A stretch of DNA of 32,000 nucleotides from Chondromyces crocatus (GTDB taxonomy: Bacteria; Myxococcota_A; Polyangia; Polyangiales; Polyangiaceae): contig NZ_CP012159.1 of the NCBI RefSeq assembly GCF_001189295.1, forward strand, positions 4,073,773-4,105,772, read 5' to 3'. Below the pieces are notes generated by a model that was given only the letters and a program-made list of their open reading frames with translations, did not search any database and was not told the origin of the DNA. The position numbers were made by a program, and so were the translations under genes. Shown one piece after another: positions 1 to 8,348 of the stretch. The stretch's first letter is position 1. Each line of letters begins with the position of its first letter.

Positions 1-508
1 GGGTGCCGGTGCTCGGGAGCTCTCGCTTGGCGGCGCCGAAGTCGATGATCTTGAGGAACAGTTCGCCGTCCAGATCGAGCACGAACAGGTTGTCCGGCTT
101 CACGTCGCGGTGGACGATGCCGAGGCGGTGGGCGCGAGCGAGCCCACGCGCGGCCTGTCCGACGAGCAGCGCGACCTCATCGGGCGGAAGCTTGCCGAGT
201 CGCTGGATCCGGCTGCGGAGCGTCTCGCCTTCGAGCAGCTCCATGGCGATGAAGCAGGCGCCCTCGCGGGTGACGCCGTGGTCGAGGACCTGAGCGACGT
301 GGGGGCTCTTGATCTGGGCCGCGGCGGAGGCCTCTCGCTGGAAGCGCGCGATGCGCTTGGGGCCGGCCTCGGCGCCCCTGGCGATGAACTTGACCGCGAC
401 GCGCGCGTCGAGCGCGAGGTGCTCGGCGAGCCAGACCTCTCCGCCAGCGCCCCGTCCAAGGGGGCGCACGAGCCGCAAATTGGGCGTGATCAGCTCTCCG
501 GCATCCAT
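1..508 (-). CDS. Ser/Thr protein kinase, N-terminal catalytic portion (3' end runs off the window start)
   Basis: This is my own reverse-strand translation from the ATG at 508..506: MDAGELITPNLRLVRPLGRGAGGEVWLAEH..VAVKFI..HRDVKPDNLF..KIIDFGAAK. It shows the Gly-loop, VAVK lysine, HRDxKPxN catalytic loop and DFG. An in-frame stop lies upstream at 577..575. The ORF is missing from the supplied track because it has no stop inside the window. Confidence 0.85.
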   Translation of the reverse strand, partial: MDAGELITPNLRLVRPLGRGAGGEVWLAEHLALDARVAVKFIARGAEAGPKRIARFQREASAAAQIKSPHVAQVLDHGVTREGACFIAMELLEGETLRSRIQRLGKLPPDEVALLVGQAARGLARAHRLGIVHRDVKPDNLFVLDLDGELFLKIIDFGAAKRELPSTGT

Positions 509-642
509 CGCGGCGCGCTCCTCGGCTCGACCAGCGGCGGCGGGGAGGTCGGCCCACCCTGACCGTGAAAGAGGCTATCTCGCTGGAATGATGTGAACAA
601 GGCAGAGCGGTTCGATGGGCGCGAGGAGATCCGTGCGTGCGC

Positions 643-1989
643 ATGTCCGCGACGCTGGTGATGACGTCTCGGTCGCAGTACACAAGATCCTCGATGGCCG
701 CGAAGCTCGGGGGCTCGTTTCTCGCGCATGCCATGGGGCCTGTGCTGCAAGCGGCTGCGTGCATGCAGGCGAGCAAGATGCCGCGGGGGCTGGAAGAGAT
801 CGCTCCCGACGTGCTCGAAGGTGGGGTGCGACTCGGCATCCAGCAGGCGGCGGCGCGTGCGGGCGTGAGGGCGCGAGACGTGGAGCAGGTGCTCCCGATG
901 GCGGCGCTGCGGGAGCGCCTGGAGCAGATCCGGAAGAGCCACCCGGCGGCCCTCGACGCCTGGCGGATGCACGCTGGGCAGCTCGGGGGGATGCTGAAAG
1001 GGGTCGCCGATCTGACGGTGGACGGGCGGGCCGTCCTCCCTGGCGCGGCCCTCGCGCGCATCGCGCGGAAGGTGCGGCGGGACAAGGCGCTCGCGCTGCC
1101 GGTGCAGGCGCTCTCGGACGACATGCTGGCCTGGGAAGAGCTGCTCGCCCAGTGCAAGGAGGCGCTGGACGCAGGCGCTGGGCTGCGGCTCGCGTACAGA
1201 CTGCGGCTCACGCGGAACGCGCTCTTCGCGCTCGGGACCGTGGTGGCGCTGGTGGCCTTCGTCGTCGAGGCGCTCGCCGTGCGCGGAGGGCGCGCGCGCA
1301 TCGACGTGGTGCTCGCGGGCATGGACGTGTGCGCCGTGGAGGGCATCGCGCCCCCTGATCTGGTGCGCGCCAGGCCAGAGCAGCTCGCCGCGATCGGTGG
1401 GCGGTGGCGCACGTGCCGCGCGATGCGGGACGCGGCGGCCGCCTTCGAGACCGAGCTGCAGCGCATCGAGGAGGGCGTGAAGGAGGCGGCGCGGCTGCAA
1501 GAGGAGCTGGACCAGCAGTGCGAGGCGCTCACGGAGAGGGCCGCTGCAGGCAAGGTGATCGCGCAGGACCTGGTGGTCGCGGGAGAGCGGAAGGCGCTGC
1601 TCGGGCGGATCCGGATGAAGACGCTGGCGCCACGGGATCTCGGGCCGACGCTGGCCCTCCTGCCCTGCCAGGGGACGCGGGCAGAGCCGAGGATGCGCGA
1701 GGCGTTCGTGGCCGCGGCGGTCGCGTCGGTGTGGAACTGGCTCGGGGGGATCGACCCGGGCGAGGACGCGCTCTCGCTGCTCCGGCCGCGGGCGCGTGAG
1801 ATGAGCGAGCGCGCGCGGATCGTGCTGGCGGCTCGCGCGGAGGAGCTGGCGAAGCGGGCCTTGAGGCGGCCGACGCCGGACCGGATCGGCAGGGCGCTGC
1901 GGGTGTGTGCGCTGGCCGAGGCGCTGGAGGTGCCTGGAGGCAAGCTCTGCGACGAGGCGAAGACGCTGCCCTCGACCAACGCGCTTTGA
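643..1989 (+). CDS. hypothetical protein with one predicted TM helix and coiled-coil-like Glu/Ala/Leu-rich segments
   Basis: Track ORF 637..1989. Third-position GC is high from the 5' end onward. Composition is protein-like, unlike the overlapping minus-strand ORFs. A hydrophobic helix ALFALGTVVALVAFVVEALAV is present. The start is ambiguous (GTG 637, ATG 643, ATG 694, ATG 733). I recognise no family. Confidence 0.55.
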   Translation: MSATLVMTSRSQYTRSSMAAKLGGSFLAHAMGPVLQAAACMQASKMPRGLEEIAPDVLEGGVRLGIQQAAARAGVRARDVEQVLPMAALRERLEQIRKSHPAALDAWRMHAGQLGGMLKGVADLTVDGRAVLPGAALARIARKVRRDKALALPVQALSDDMLAWEELLAQCKEALDAGAGLRLAYRLRLTRNALFALGTVVALVAFVVEALAVRGGRARIDVVLAGMDVCAVEGIAPPDLVRARPEQLAAIGGRWRTCRAMRDAAAAFETELQRIEEGVKEAARLQEELDQQCEALTERAAAGKVIAQDLVVAGERKALLGRIRMKTLAPRDLGPTLALLPCQGTRAEPRMREAFVAAAVASVWNWLGGIDPGEDALSLLRPRAREMSERARIVLAARAEELAKRALRRPTPDRIGRALRVCALAEALEVPGGKLCDEAKTLPSTNAL

Positions 1990-2045
1990 TTCCCGCGGCA
2001 GGGGCCTGACCTCGTTGCGTCGAGGAGCGGGCGAGGTCACCGGCC

Positions 2046-3746
2046 GTGTGGATGAGGCACGGGACTCGTCCTTCCGGCCGGTCGCGGCGCGTCTTCCGGC
2101 TGGTTGCGGCCTGCGCAGCGCCCTGCGATCCTCGGGCCGTGCTGGAACTTTCCGGGCGAGCGCCGCTCCTTCTGACCGGGTTCATGGGAGCTGGCAAGAC
2201 GACCACCGGTCGGCTGGCTGCCGCGCGAGCAGGCGTCTCGTTCGTGGACCTGGACGAGGCCATCGCCGACGAAGCGAGGGCCTCGGTGGCGGCGATCTTC
2301 GCGGAGGGCGGCGAAGCGGCGTTTCGGGCGCGCGAGCGAGAGGTTCTCCGTCGCCTGCTCGCCGACCGCGGCCCGCGGGTGATCGCGCTCGGCGGGGGGA
2401 CGCTGCTCGATCCGGTGCTCCGGCGCGAGGCCACGGCGGCGGCGTGCGTCGTCGCGCTCGTCGCGCCAGTGTCCACGCTCCTGGAGCGCGTCCGGGTGGG
2501 CAGCCCACGGCCTCTGCTCGACCGGGCGCCGGATCGGGAGGCGCAGGTCCGCGCGCTGCTCGCCGAGCGGGCGCCCGTCTATGCCGAGGCGCACGCGCAG
2601 GTCGGTAGCGACGCCGCGCCAGAGGTCGTCGTCGAGGCCGTCCTGCGCGCGTGGGCCGATCGTCCCCTGCTCGTGCCGCTGGGGGCGCGCACCTACGGGG
2701 TGCGCTTTGCAGGGGACGCCTTCCCCTCGATCGCCGACGCGGTCCGCGCCCTGCACCCCTCCGGGGTCTTCGTGGTCACGGACGAGACGGTGGGTGGGCT
2801 CTGGGGGGCTTCGCTCTCGCGAGGGCTCACGACGGCCGGGCTCGCGCCGCGCGCGGTGGTGACGCTGCCGCCTGGCGAGGAGCACAAGCGGCTGGCCTCC
2901 GTGGAGCGCGCGCTGGCGACGATCCTCGCCGCCGGTGCCGATCGGGAAGCACTCCTCGTGGCCCACGGGGGCGGGGTGATCACCGATCTCGGTGGGTTCA
3001 CGGCGGCGACGCTGCTGCGCGGGGTCCGCTGGGTGGCCGCGCCGACGACGCTGCTGGCGATGGTGGATGCCAGCGTGGGAGGCAAGACGGGGGTGGACCT
3101 CGGCGAGGCGAAGAACGCCGTCGGCGCGTTCCATCAGCCCGCGGCGGTGGTGCTCGGTCCGGAGCAGCTCGCCACCGAGGAAGAGCGCGGGTTCCGGAGT
3201 GGCCTGAGCGAGGCGGTGAAGGCGGCGTGCGTGGGAGACGCGGTGCTGCTGGACCTCCTGGAGGGTGAGGCCGAGCGCGTGCTCGCCCGCGACCCGGAGG
3301 TGATCGGCGAGGTGATCCGCCGGAGCGTGGCCGTGAAGGCAGGGATCGTGGCGCGGGACGAGCACGAGGCGGGAGAGCGCATGTTGCTCAACCTGGGCCA
3401 CACGCTGGGGCACGCGCTGGAGGCCGAGGGTGGGTTCCGGCGGCTGCGTCACGGCGAGGCGGTGTCGCTCGGTCTGGTCGGGGAGCTGCGCGCGGGGAAG
3501 GCCCTGGGGGTGACCCCGGCGGCGCTGGTCGAGCGTGTGGTGACGCTGCTCGAGCGGCTGGGGCAACCGACGCGGCTCGCCGAGCAGCCGATCCTGGCGG
3601 CATTGCCCTTGATCGGCCTCGACAAGAAGCGGCGCGGGGGCGGGGTGCGCTCGGTGCTGCTGCGGGAGGCCGGGGACGCGGTGGTCGAGACGATTTCAAT
3701 CGAACGCTTGTCGAGGCTCTTCATCGAGGCTTCGGCAGAGGGCTGA
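2046..3746 (+). CDS. aroKB: bifunctional shikimate kinase / 3-dehydroquinate synthase (AroK-AroB fusion)
   Basis: The N-terminal part has the Walker A motif GFMGAGKTTTG followed by VDLD, typical of AroK. The C-terminal part has GGGVITDLGGFTAA, PTTLLAMVDASVGGKTGVD and NLGHTLGHALE, typical of AroB. The start is uncertain: GTG 2139 (MLELSGRAPLLLTGFMGAGKT) would give a more typical AroK N-terminus than 2046. Confidence 0.9.
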   Translation: MWMRHGTRPSGRSRRVFRLVAACAAPCDPRAVLELSGRAPLLLTGFMGAGKTTTGRLAAARAGVSFVDLDEAIADEARASVAAIFAEGGEAAFRAREREVLRRLLADRGPRVIALGGGTLLDPVLRREATAAACVVALVAPVSTLLERVRVGSPRPLLDRAPDREAQVRALLAERAPVYAEAHAQVGSDAAPEVVVEAVLRAWADRPLLVPLGARTYGVRFAGDAFPSIADAVRALHPSGVFVVTDETVGGLWGASLSRGLTTAGLAPRAVVTLPPGEEHKRLASVERALATILAAGADREALLVAHGGGVITDLGGFTAATLLRGVRWVAAPTTLLAMVDASVGGKTGVDLGEAKNAVGAFHQPAAVVLGPEQLATEEERGFRSGLSEAVKAACVGDAVLLDLLEGEAERVLARDPEVIGEVIRRSVAVKAGIVARDEHEAGERMLLNLGHTLGHALEAEGGFRRLRHGEAVSLGLVGELRAGKALGVTPAALVERVVTLLERLGQPTRLAEQPILAALPLIGLDKKRRGGGVRSVLLREAGDAVVETISIERLSRLFIEASAEG

Positions 3747-3786
3747 GCTGATCGATGCGCCGGGGGATGCGCTGGAGAGGTCGTCC

Positions 3787-3842
3787 CCCGTACGATTGCG
3801 GTGTTGCCCGGGGAGCACAGGGGATTCCCGTAGGATTGCGTG
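3787..3842 (+). promoter_or_regulatory. direct repeat CCCGTASGATTGCGKTG x2, 40 bp centre to centre, upstream of the metal-dependent hydrolase gene
   Basis: The copies are at 3787..3803 (cccgtacgattgcggtg) and 3827..3842 (cccgtaggattgcgtg). They sit 60-115 bp upstream of ATG 3904, next to a locally AT-richer stretch (gcaaaatgctgctatg). Confidence 0.3.
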
Positions 3843-3903
3843 CGCAAAATGCTGCTATGGGGGCGCCCCCGGCATCCCGTGACCTCGTTCCACGCGTCGT
3901 CGA

Positions 3904-4851
3904 ATGAATGGTTCTCCCGAGGCGCCGGAGCGCCCGATCCGGGCTATAACGAGGCTCATGCATCCGGCGAAGAAGCGCGAGGGTGAGGATACTCCGTACG
4001 TCGAGCCGAGGCCTTTTTCTCCCGACTGCCTCAGACCACGGCGCACGAGGTTCTCTTTCGATCTCGATGACGTGCCGAATTACTGGGTCGGTGGCAGCCC
4101 GGCCAGAACCCACCTCTTCAATTCCATCAATGTGTTCCTGGTGCCCTTCGAAGAGTTCATGGTGCGGGTGCTGAGCGATCAGGGTCAGCGCCTGGACGAT
4201 CCCGAGCTTCGCCGCCAGATCCGCGGCTTCTGTGGACAGGAAGCGAATCACGCCCGCGCACATCAGATCTTTCTGGATACCCTGCGGGCACAAGGCCACG
4301 ACGTGGACGGGTTTCTGCACTTCGCCGACGCGATGTTCTCGCGCGTCCTCGAGCGTGGCCTCGGTCGCGATCTGAGCCTCGCGGCCATTGCCGGGTTCGA
4401 GCACCTGACGGCATTCCTCGCGGAGTTCATTCTCGACGGCGAGATGCTGGCGCAGGCGCCGCCAGCGCTGCAGGAGCTGTGGAAGTGGCACGCTGCGGAG
4501 GAGCTGGAGCACAAGGCCTTGGCATTCGATCTGCTGCGGCACGTGAATGGATCGTATCCACTTCGAATCGCCGGTGGCGCCCTGGGCGCCGGGATCGTAT
4601 TCGGTTTCCTCGGCATCGGAATGGCGCTCCTCTTCACGGAGGAGGGGATCTTGTTCGAGCGGCGGACCTTGCGCGAGACGCTCGAGCTGTTCTTCACGCG
4701 CGACAAGATCCTGACGCGATCGATTCCGGTGATGCTCGATTACCTGCGTCCTGGCTTCCACCCTTCCCAGAGGGACACGCGCGGGATGGCCGAGCGCATG
4801 TTCGCGCAGGTGGAGCTACAGGTCGCAGAGGACGTTCCCCGCGCGGCCTAG
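3904..4851 (+). CDS. predicted metal-dependent hydrolase (COG3687 / PF10118-like)
   Basis: The 315-aa ORF contains GQEANHARAH and WKWHAAEELEHKALAFDLL. These are His/Glu-rich helices that I associate with the 'predicted metal-dependent hydrolase' family. The assignment is from memory of family motifs, not a search. Confidence 0.55.
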   Translation: MNGSPEAPERPIRAITRLMHPAKKREGEDTPYVEPRPFSPDCLRPRRTRFSFDLDDVPNYWVGGSPARTHLFNSINVFLVPFEEFMVRVLSDQGQRLDDPELRRQIRGFCGQEANHARAHQIFLDTLRAQGHDVDGFLHFADAMFSRVLERGLGRDLSLAAIAGFEHLTAFLAEFILDGEMLAQAPPALQELWKWHAAEELEHKALAFDLLRHVNGSYPLRIAGGALGAGIVFGFLGIGMALLFTEEGILFERRTLRETLELFFTRDKILTRSIPVMLDYLRPGFHPSQRDTRGMAERMFAQVELQVAEDVPRAA

Positions 4852-4936
4852 TCGGGGTGCGCCTTGCGCGACGTGGCCAGGGCGCGCCTCGCGTTGCGTG
4901 GCCAGAACGTGCCTCGCGCGGTCCAGTCGAAGCGCT

Positions 4937-4958
4937 CCGCCCCTGTCTTGCGGGGCGG
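4937..4958. terminator. GC hairpin between convergent genes (CCGCCCC-N8-GGGGCGG)
   Basis: It has a 7-bp all-GC stem and an 8-nt loop. It lies in the 203-bp gap between the convergent 3' ends at 4851 and 5055. There is no clear U-tract. Confidence 0.25.
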
Positions 4959-5054
4959 TGCTGCCAGGCTGGGCGGGGGGGCTGCGTCTCTGCGTCTGGA
5001 GAGACGGATCAGCGCCGCCTGGCTGCGCAGGGCGTGGTGCGTCCAGAGGCGCGG

Positions 5055-6389
5055 CTACGTGAACAGGTGCCAGGCGGCCAGCAGAGGCATGGCCGTCAGC
5101 GCGGTGAGGGTGAGGGTGAGCGTGTCGAGCACGGCGCACCGTACCCGGAAGTCCGCCAGCACCGCCGCGCGCTCGCCTGGGAGGCAAGCGCCGGCACCGA
5201 CGGTTGCCTCGCCGCGGTAGGGGGTGCCCTGGCCAGCGCCCCCCTCCAGCACCACGACGGGGCCAGGCGGCAGGATAAGGTCAGGCGCGACGCGCTGGGG
5301 GGCCGTCGCGTCCTCGAAGCTGATCCAGCCGTTCTCTCCCAGCACGCCGGTCCGGCCTCGCTCCGTGCGCCGGAGCTGTGCGGTGACGCGCTGCCGCCAC
5401 CCCTGGAGCAACGCCCCGAGGCCGAGGGCGAGCGCGCCCATGACGATGTAGGGGTGCGGCGGGCTCAGGGCATGCCGGAGGTCCCGAGGGCTGATGTCGG
5501 TCGGTACGTAGAACGGGTCGGCCTTCCGGAAGGCGACGCTCCTCCCGTGGTCGACGTCCTTCACGAGCCAGACGTCATGCTCCGCGATCCGCCGGACTTC
5601 GAGGCGGCCGCGGCTCGTGCTGTCGAACACGCTCGGGCGCGAGGTGTTGTGAGGGGGCGTGGGCATCGTGTGGTGGCGCCAGAGGCTCAAGGAGCAGCTC
5701 GACGCGGAGCAGGACCGCTCCACGACGACGTCGAGCTCGGGGAGGGTCTGCGCGAAGCGGTAGCCGGAGGGGCCATCCTTGCTCGGGAGCTCCTCGTGGG
5801 GCGTCTCGCCGTCGAGGGGAGGCACGATCGCGCTCGGGGGGAGGGGGCCGAGCAGCGCGTGCGGCTCCGGGTGATGCGCCGCCTGCACGGTGGACCACGC
5901 GACGAGCGCGACGGCCGTGGCGAGGCCACCCAGCGCGAGGGCGCGCAGCGCGAGGGCCGGGCGGGGCCCTCCGCGGGTCGCGAGCGCGATCCCGAGGATG
6001 CCTCCGAGCAGGCCGAAGCCGCCGTAGACGAAGGGGAGCACCATCAGCAGCGCGATGTCGCCCGTCCCGCAGCGCCAGTTGGAGATGATGATGGGCTGGT
6101 TGAGGTCGTAGAGGGCGCCGAGGAAGAACAGAGGCGCCAGGGTCACGGGGGCCAGGGCGCCGGTCAGCCAGGGATGTGCGATGCCGGTCCGGGCGGCCAC
6201 GGTGGTGAGCAGGGGGATCGTCGCGAGCACGACGGCGATGGTCAGGATGACGAAGGGCAGATCGAGGAATGCGTTCAGGATCGCTGCGACCACGAGGGCG
6301 GCCACGGAGACGCTGCCCGTCGAGAGGCCGATGACCAGGACGCTCAGACCTGGCGAGAGGGGGCGCCGCATCGCAGGGGCAACGGACAT
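5055..6389 (-). CDS. hypothetical polytopic membrane protein
   Basis: The 444-aa ORF has about 6 N-terminal hydrophobic helices, a soluble central region, and two further helices (IVMGALALGLGALLQGW and the C-terminal LTLTLTALTAMPLLAAW). Codon bias is good. No recognised domain. Confidence 0.6.
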   Translation of the reverse strand: MSVAPAMRRPLSPGLSVLVIGLSTGSVSVAALVVAAILNAFLDLPFVILTIAVVLATIPLLTTVAARTGIAHPWLTGALAPVTLAPLFFLGALYDLNQPIIISNWRCGTGDIALLMVLPFVYGGFGLLGGILGIALATRGGPRPALALRALALGGLATAVALVAWSTVQAAHHPEPHALLGPLPPSAIVPPLDGETPHEELPSKDGPSGYRFAQTLPELDVVVERSCSASSCSLSLWRHHTMPTPPHNTSRPSVFDSTSRGRLEVRRIAEHDVWLVKDVDHGRSVAFRKADPFYVPTDISPRDLRHALSPPHPYIVMGALALGLGALLQGWRQRVTAQLRRTERGRTGVLGENGWISFEDATAPQRVAPDLILPPGPVVVLEGGAGQGTPYRGEATVGAGACLPGERAAVLADFRVRCAVLDTLTLTLTALTAMPLLAAWHLFT

Positions 6390-6513
6390 CGCGCGGCGAT
6401 CTTACAGCGTCCCCGGTCCGATGACGTTCCGGCGAAGCGCTCGGCCGACGTCTGCACGAGGGGGTGTGGGGCGGTGGGAGGCGGGCCCGTGGCGGTGGAG
6501 GCGCAGCGCGCGC

Positions 6514-8280
6514 TCAGCCCATTCCAGCGAGGCCGCAGAACGCCGTACCGAGCGCTTCGAGCTTGGCCCGCGCGCGCTCCTCGGTCTCGGCGAGGGGCTC
6601 GCCTTCGGCCACGAGCTCGCGGACGTCGAGGTAGAACTTGATCTTCGGCTCTGTCCCGCTCGGACGCGCAATGACGCGGCTTCCGTCCTCGAGCTCGTAG
6701 ATCAGGACGTTGCTCGACGGGAGCGACAGCTTCATGGTCGTGCCGTTCTGCTGGACGCGCGTGCCCTGCGCGATGTCGATGCGCGCCGTGACGTCGAGGT
6801 CGGCGATGACGCGCGGTGGCTTGCGTCGGAGCCGGTCCATGGCCGCGTCGATGATGGCCATGCCCTCGGTGCCCGGGAAGGTGAAGCTGCGCTGGGTGCT
6901 CAGGAACAGGCCGTAGGTGCGGGCGAGCCGATCGAGTTCGTCGAGGAGGGTCAGCCCTTCGGCCCGCCGCGCAGCCGCCAGCTCGGCGAGGAGCAGGGCG
7001 GCGCTGATGCCGTCCTTGTCGCGCACGACGGTGCCTGGGCAGTACCCGAGCGCCTCCTCGTAGCCGAAGACGAAGCGGGTCCCCGTCTCCCGCTCGAGGT
7101 CCATGGCGCGGTTGGCGATCCACTTGAAGCCGGTGAGCGTCTCTTCGTAGCGAACGCCGAGGGCCCGGGCGATGGTGCCGAGCAGGGGGGAGGAGACGCA
7201 GGTGGCGATGACGAGGCGGTCGCCTTCCTTCACGCCTTCGGTGAGGAGGTAGTGGCCGAGCAGGGCGCCGAGCTGGTTGCCGGTGAGCTGCTGGTAGGTG
7301 CCGTCGGGGCGCTGGACGGCGGCGGCGAGGCGATCGACGTCGGGATCGCTGGCGATGAGGAGGGCCGCGTTCTCGCGCTGGGCGAGGGCGAGGGCGAGGT
7401 CGAGCGCGCCCTTCTCTTCGGGGTTCGGGAAGGACACGGTGGGGAAGGCGCCGTCGGGCTGGGCTTGCTCCGGGACGCTGGTGACGCGGGTGAAGCCGGC
7501 CTCGGCGAGGGCCTGGTGGACGAGGCGGTCACCGACGCCGTGGAGGGGGGTGTACACGATGGGGATCGCGCGGTCGCCGTCGGCGCGGGCGGAGAGGGCA
7601 CGGATGGCGTCGAGGTACGCGCGCTCCAGGTTCGCCGGAAGATCGTGGAGGAGGCCCCGCTGGCGCGCCTCGTCGAGATCGGGGCAGGGGATCTCGTCGG
7701 CGTGCGGCGCGGCGTGGATCGCAGCGGCGATGCCGGTGTCGTGGGGCGGGATGATCTGGGCGCCGTTGCCCCAGTAGACCTTGTACCCGTTGTAGGCCGG
7801 CGGGTTGTGGCTGGCGGTGACCATGACCCCAGCGGCGGCGCCGAGGTGCTTCACGGCGAACGCGGTGATCGGGGTGGGGCAGGGCGCGGTGGCGAGGTGG
7901 GCCGGGATGCCAGCAGCGGCGAGCACGCCCGCGGTGTCCTCGGCCAGCTCTCGGCTGAGGCGGCGGGCGTCGTAGCCGACCACGACGCCACGGTTGCGCG
8001 CCTCGTTGCCCAGCAGGTCGAGCAGGTAGGCTGCGAGGCCCGCCGTCGTCCTCCGTGCGACGGCGCGGTTCATGCGGCTTTCGCCCGCGCCGAGGAGCCC
8101 CCGCAGGCCTGCGGTGCCGAACTCCAGAGGCCCGGAGAAGCGCTCGTTCAGCTCGGTGCGTGCGGCCGCGTCCCCTGCGCGGGCTGCCTCGACGAGGCGC
8201 TGGAGTTCGCCTCGGGTGGCGGGATCGGGATCGTGGGCGAGCCAGCGCTCGGCGGGTTCGAGGAGGGGGTCGTGGTTCAC
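6514..8280 (-). CDS. phospho-sugar mutase (alpha-D-phosphohexomutase family, PgcA/PMM-like)
   Basis: The active-site loop VTASHNPPAYNGYKVY is present, with an FGTAGLRG motif near the N-terminus. At 588 aa the length is typical of the long PGM/PMM group. Confidence 0.9.
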   Translation of the reverse strand: MNHDPLLEPAERWLAHDPDPATRGELQRLVEAARAGDAAARTELNERFSGPLEFGTAGLRGLLGAGESRMNRAVARRTTAGLAAYLLDLLGNEARNRGVVVGYDARRLSRELAEDTAGVLAAAGIPAHLATAPCPTPITAFAVKHLGAAAGVMVTASHNPPAYNGYKVYWGNGAQIIPPHDTGIAAAIHAAPHADEIPCPDLDEARQRGLLHDLPANLERAYLDAIRALSARADGDRAIPIVYTPLHGVGDRLVHQALAEAGFTRVTSVPEQAQPDGAFPTVSFPNPEEKGALDLALALAQRENAALLIASDPDVDRLAAAVQRPDGTYQQLTGNQLGALLGHYLLTEGVKEGDRLVIATCVSSPLLGTIARALGVRYEETLTGFKWIANRAMDLERETGTRFVFGYEEALGYCPGTVVRDKDGISAALLLAELAAARRAEGLTLLDELDRLARTYGLFLSTQRSFTFPGTEGMAIIDAAMDRLRRKPPRVIADLDVTARIDIAQGTRVQQNGTTMKLSLPSSNVLIYELEDGSRVIARPSGTEPKIKFYLDVRELVAEGEPLAETEERARAKLEALGTAFCGLAGMG

Positions 8281-8348
8281 GGCCCCTTTCTAATGGCGTG
8301 CCGGACCGTTGACCAGGGTGGCCCGCGCTCCGCGAGGGGCCGGAGTCG

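Noticed and set aside
177-2040. Two long minus-strand ORFs (600 aa and 516 aa) overlapping the 637..1989 plus-strand ORF
   Set aside because: The translations are extreme Arg/Ala/Ser/Pro low-complexity strings typical of antisense frames in high-GC DNA. The plus-strand frame has protein-like composition and GC3 bias. The real minus-strand gene here is only the kinase ending at 508, which is in a different frame.
2037-3566. 509-aa minus-strand ORF antisense to aroKB, plus several nested ORFs
   Set aside because: The plus frame carries unmistakable AroK and AroB motifs. The antisense product is Arg/His/Pro-rich with no motifs.
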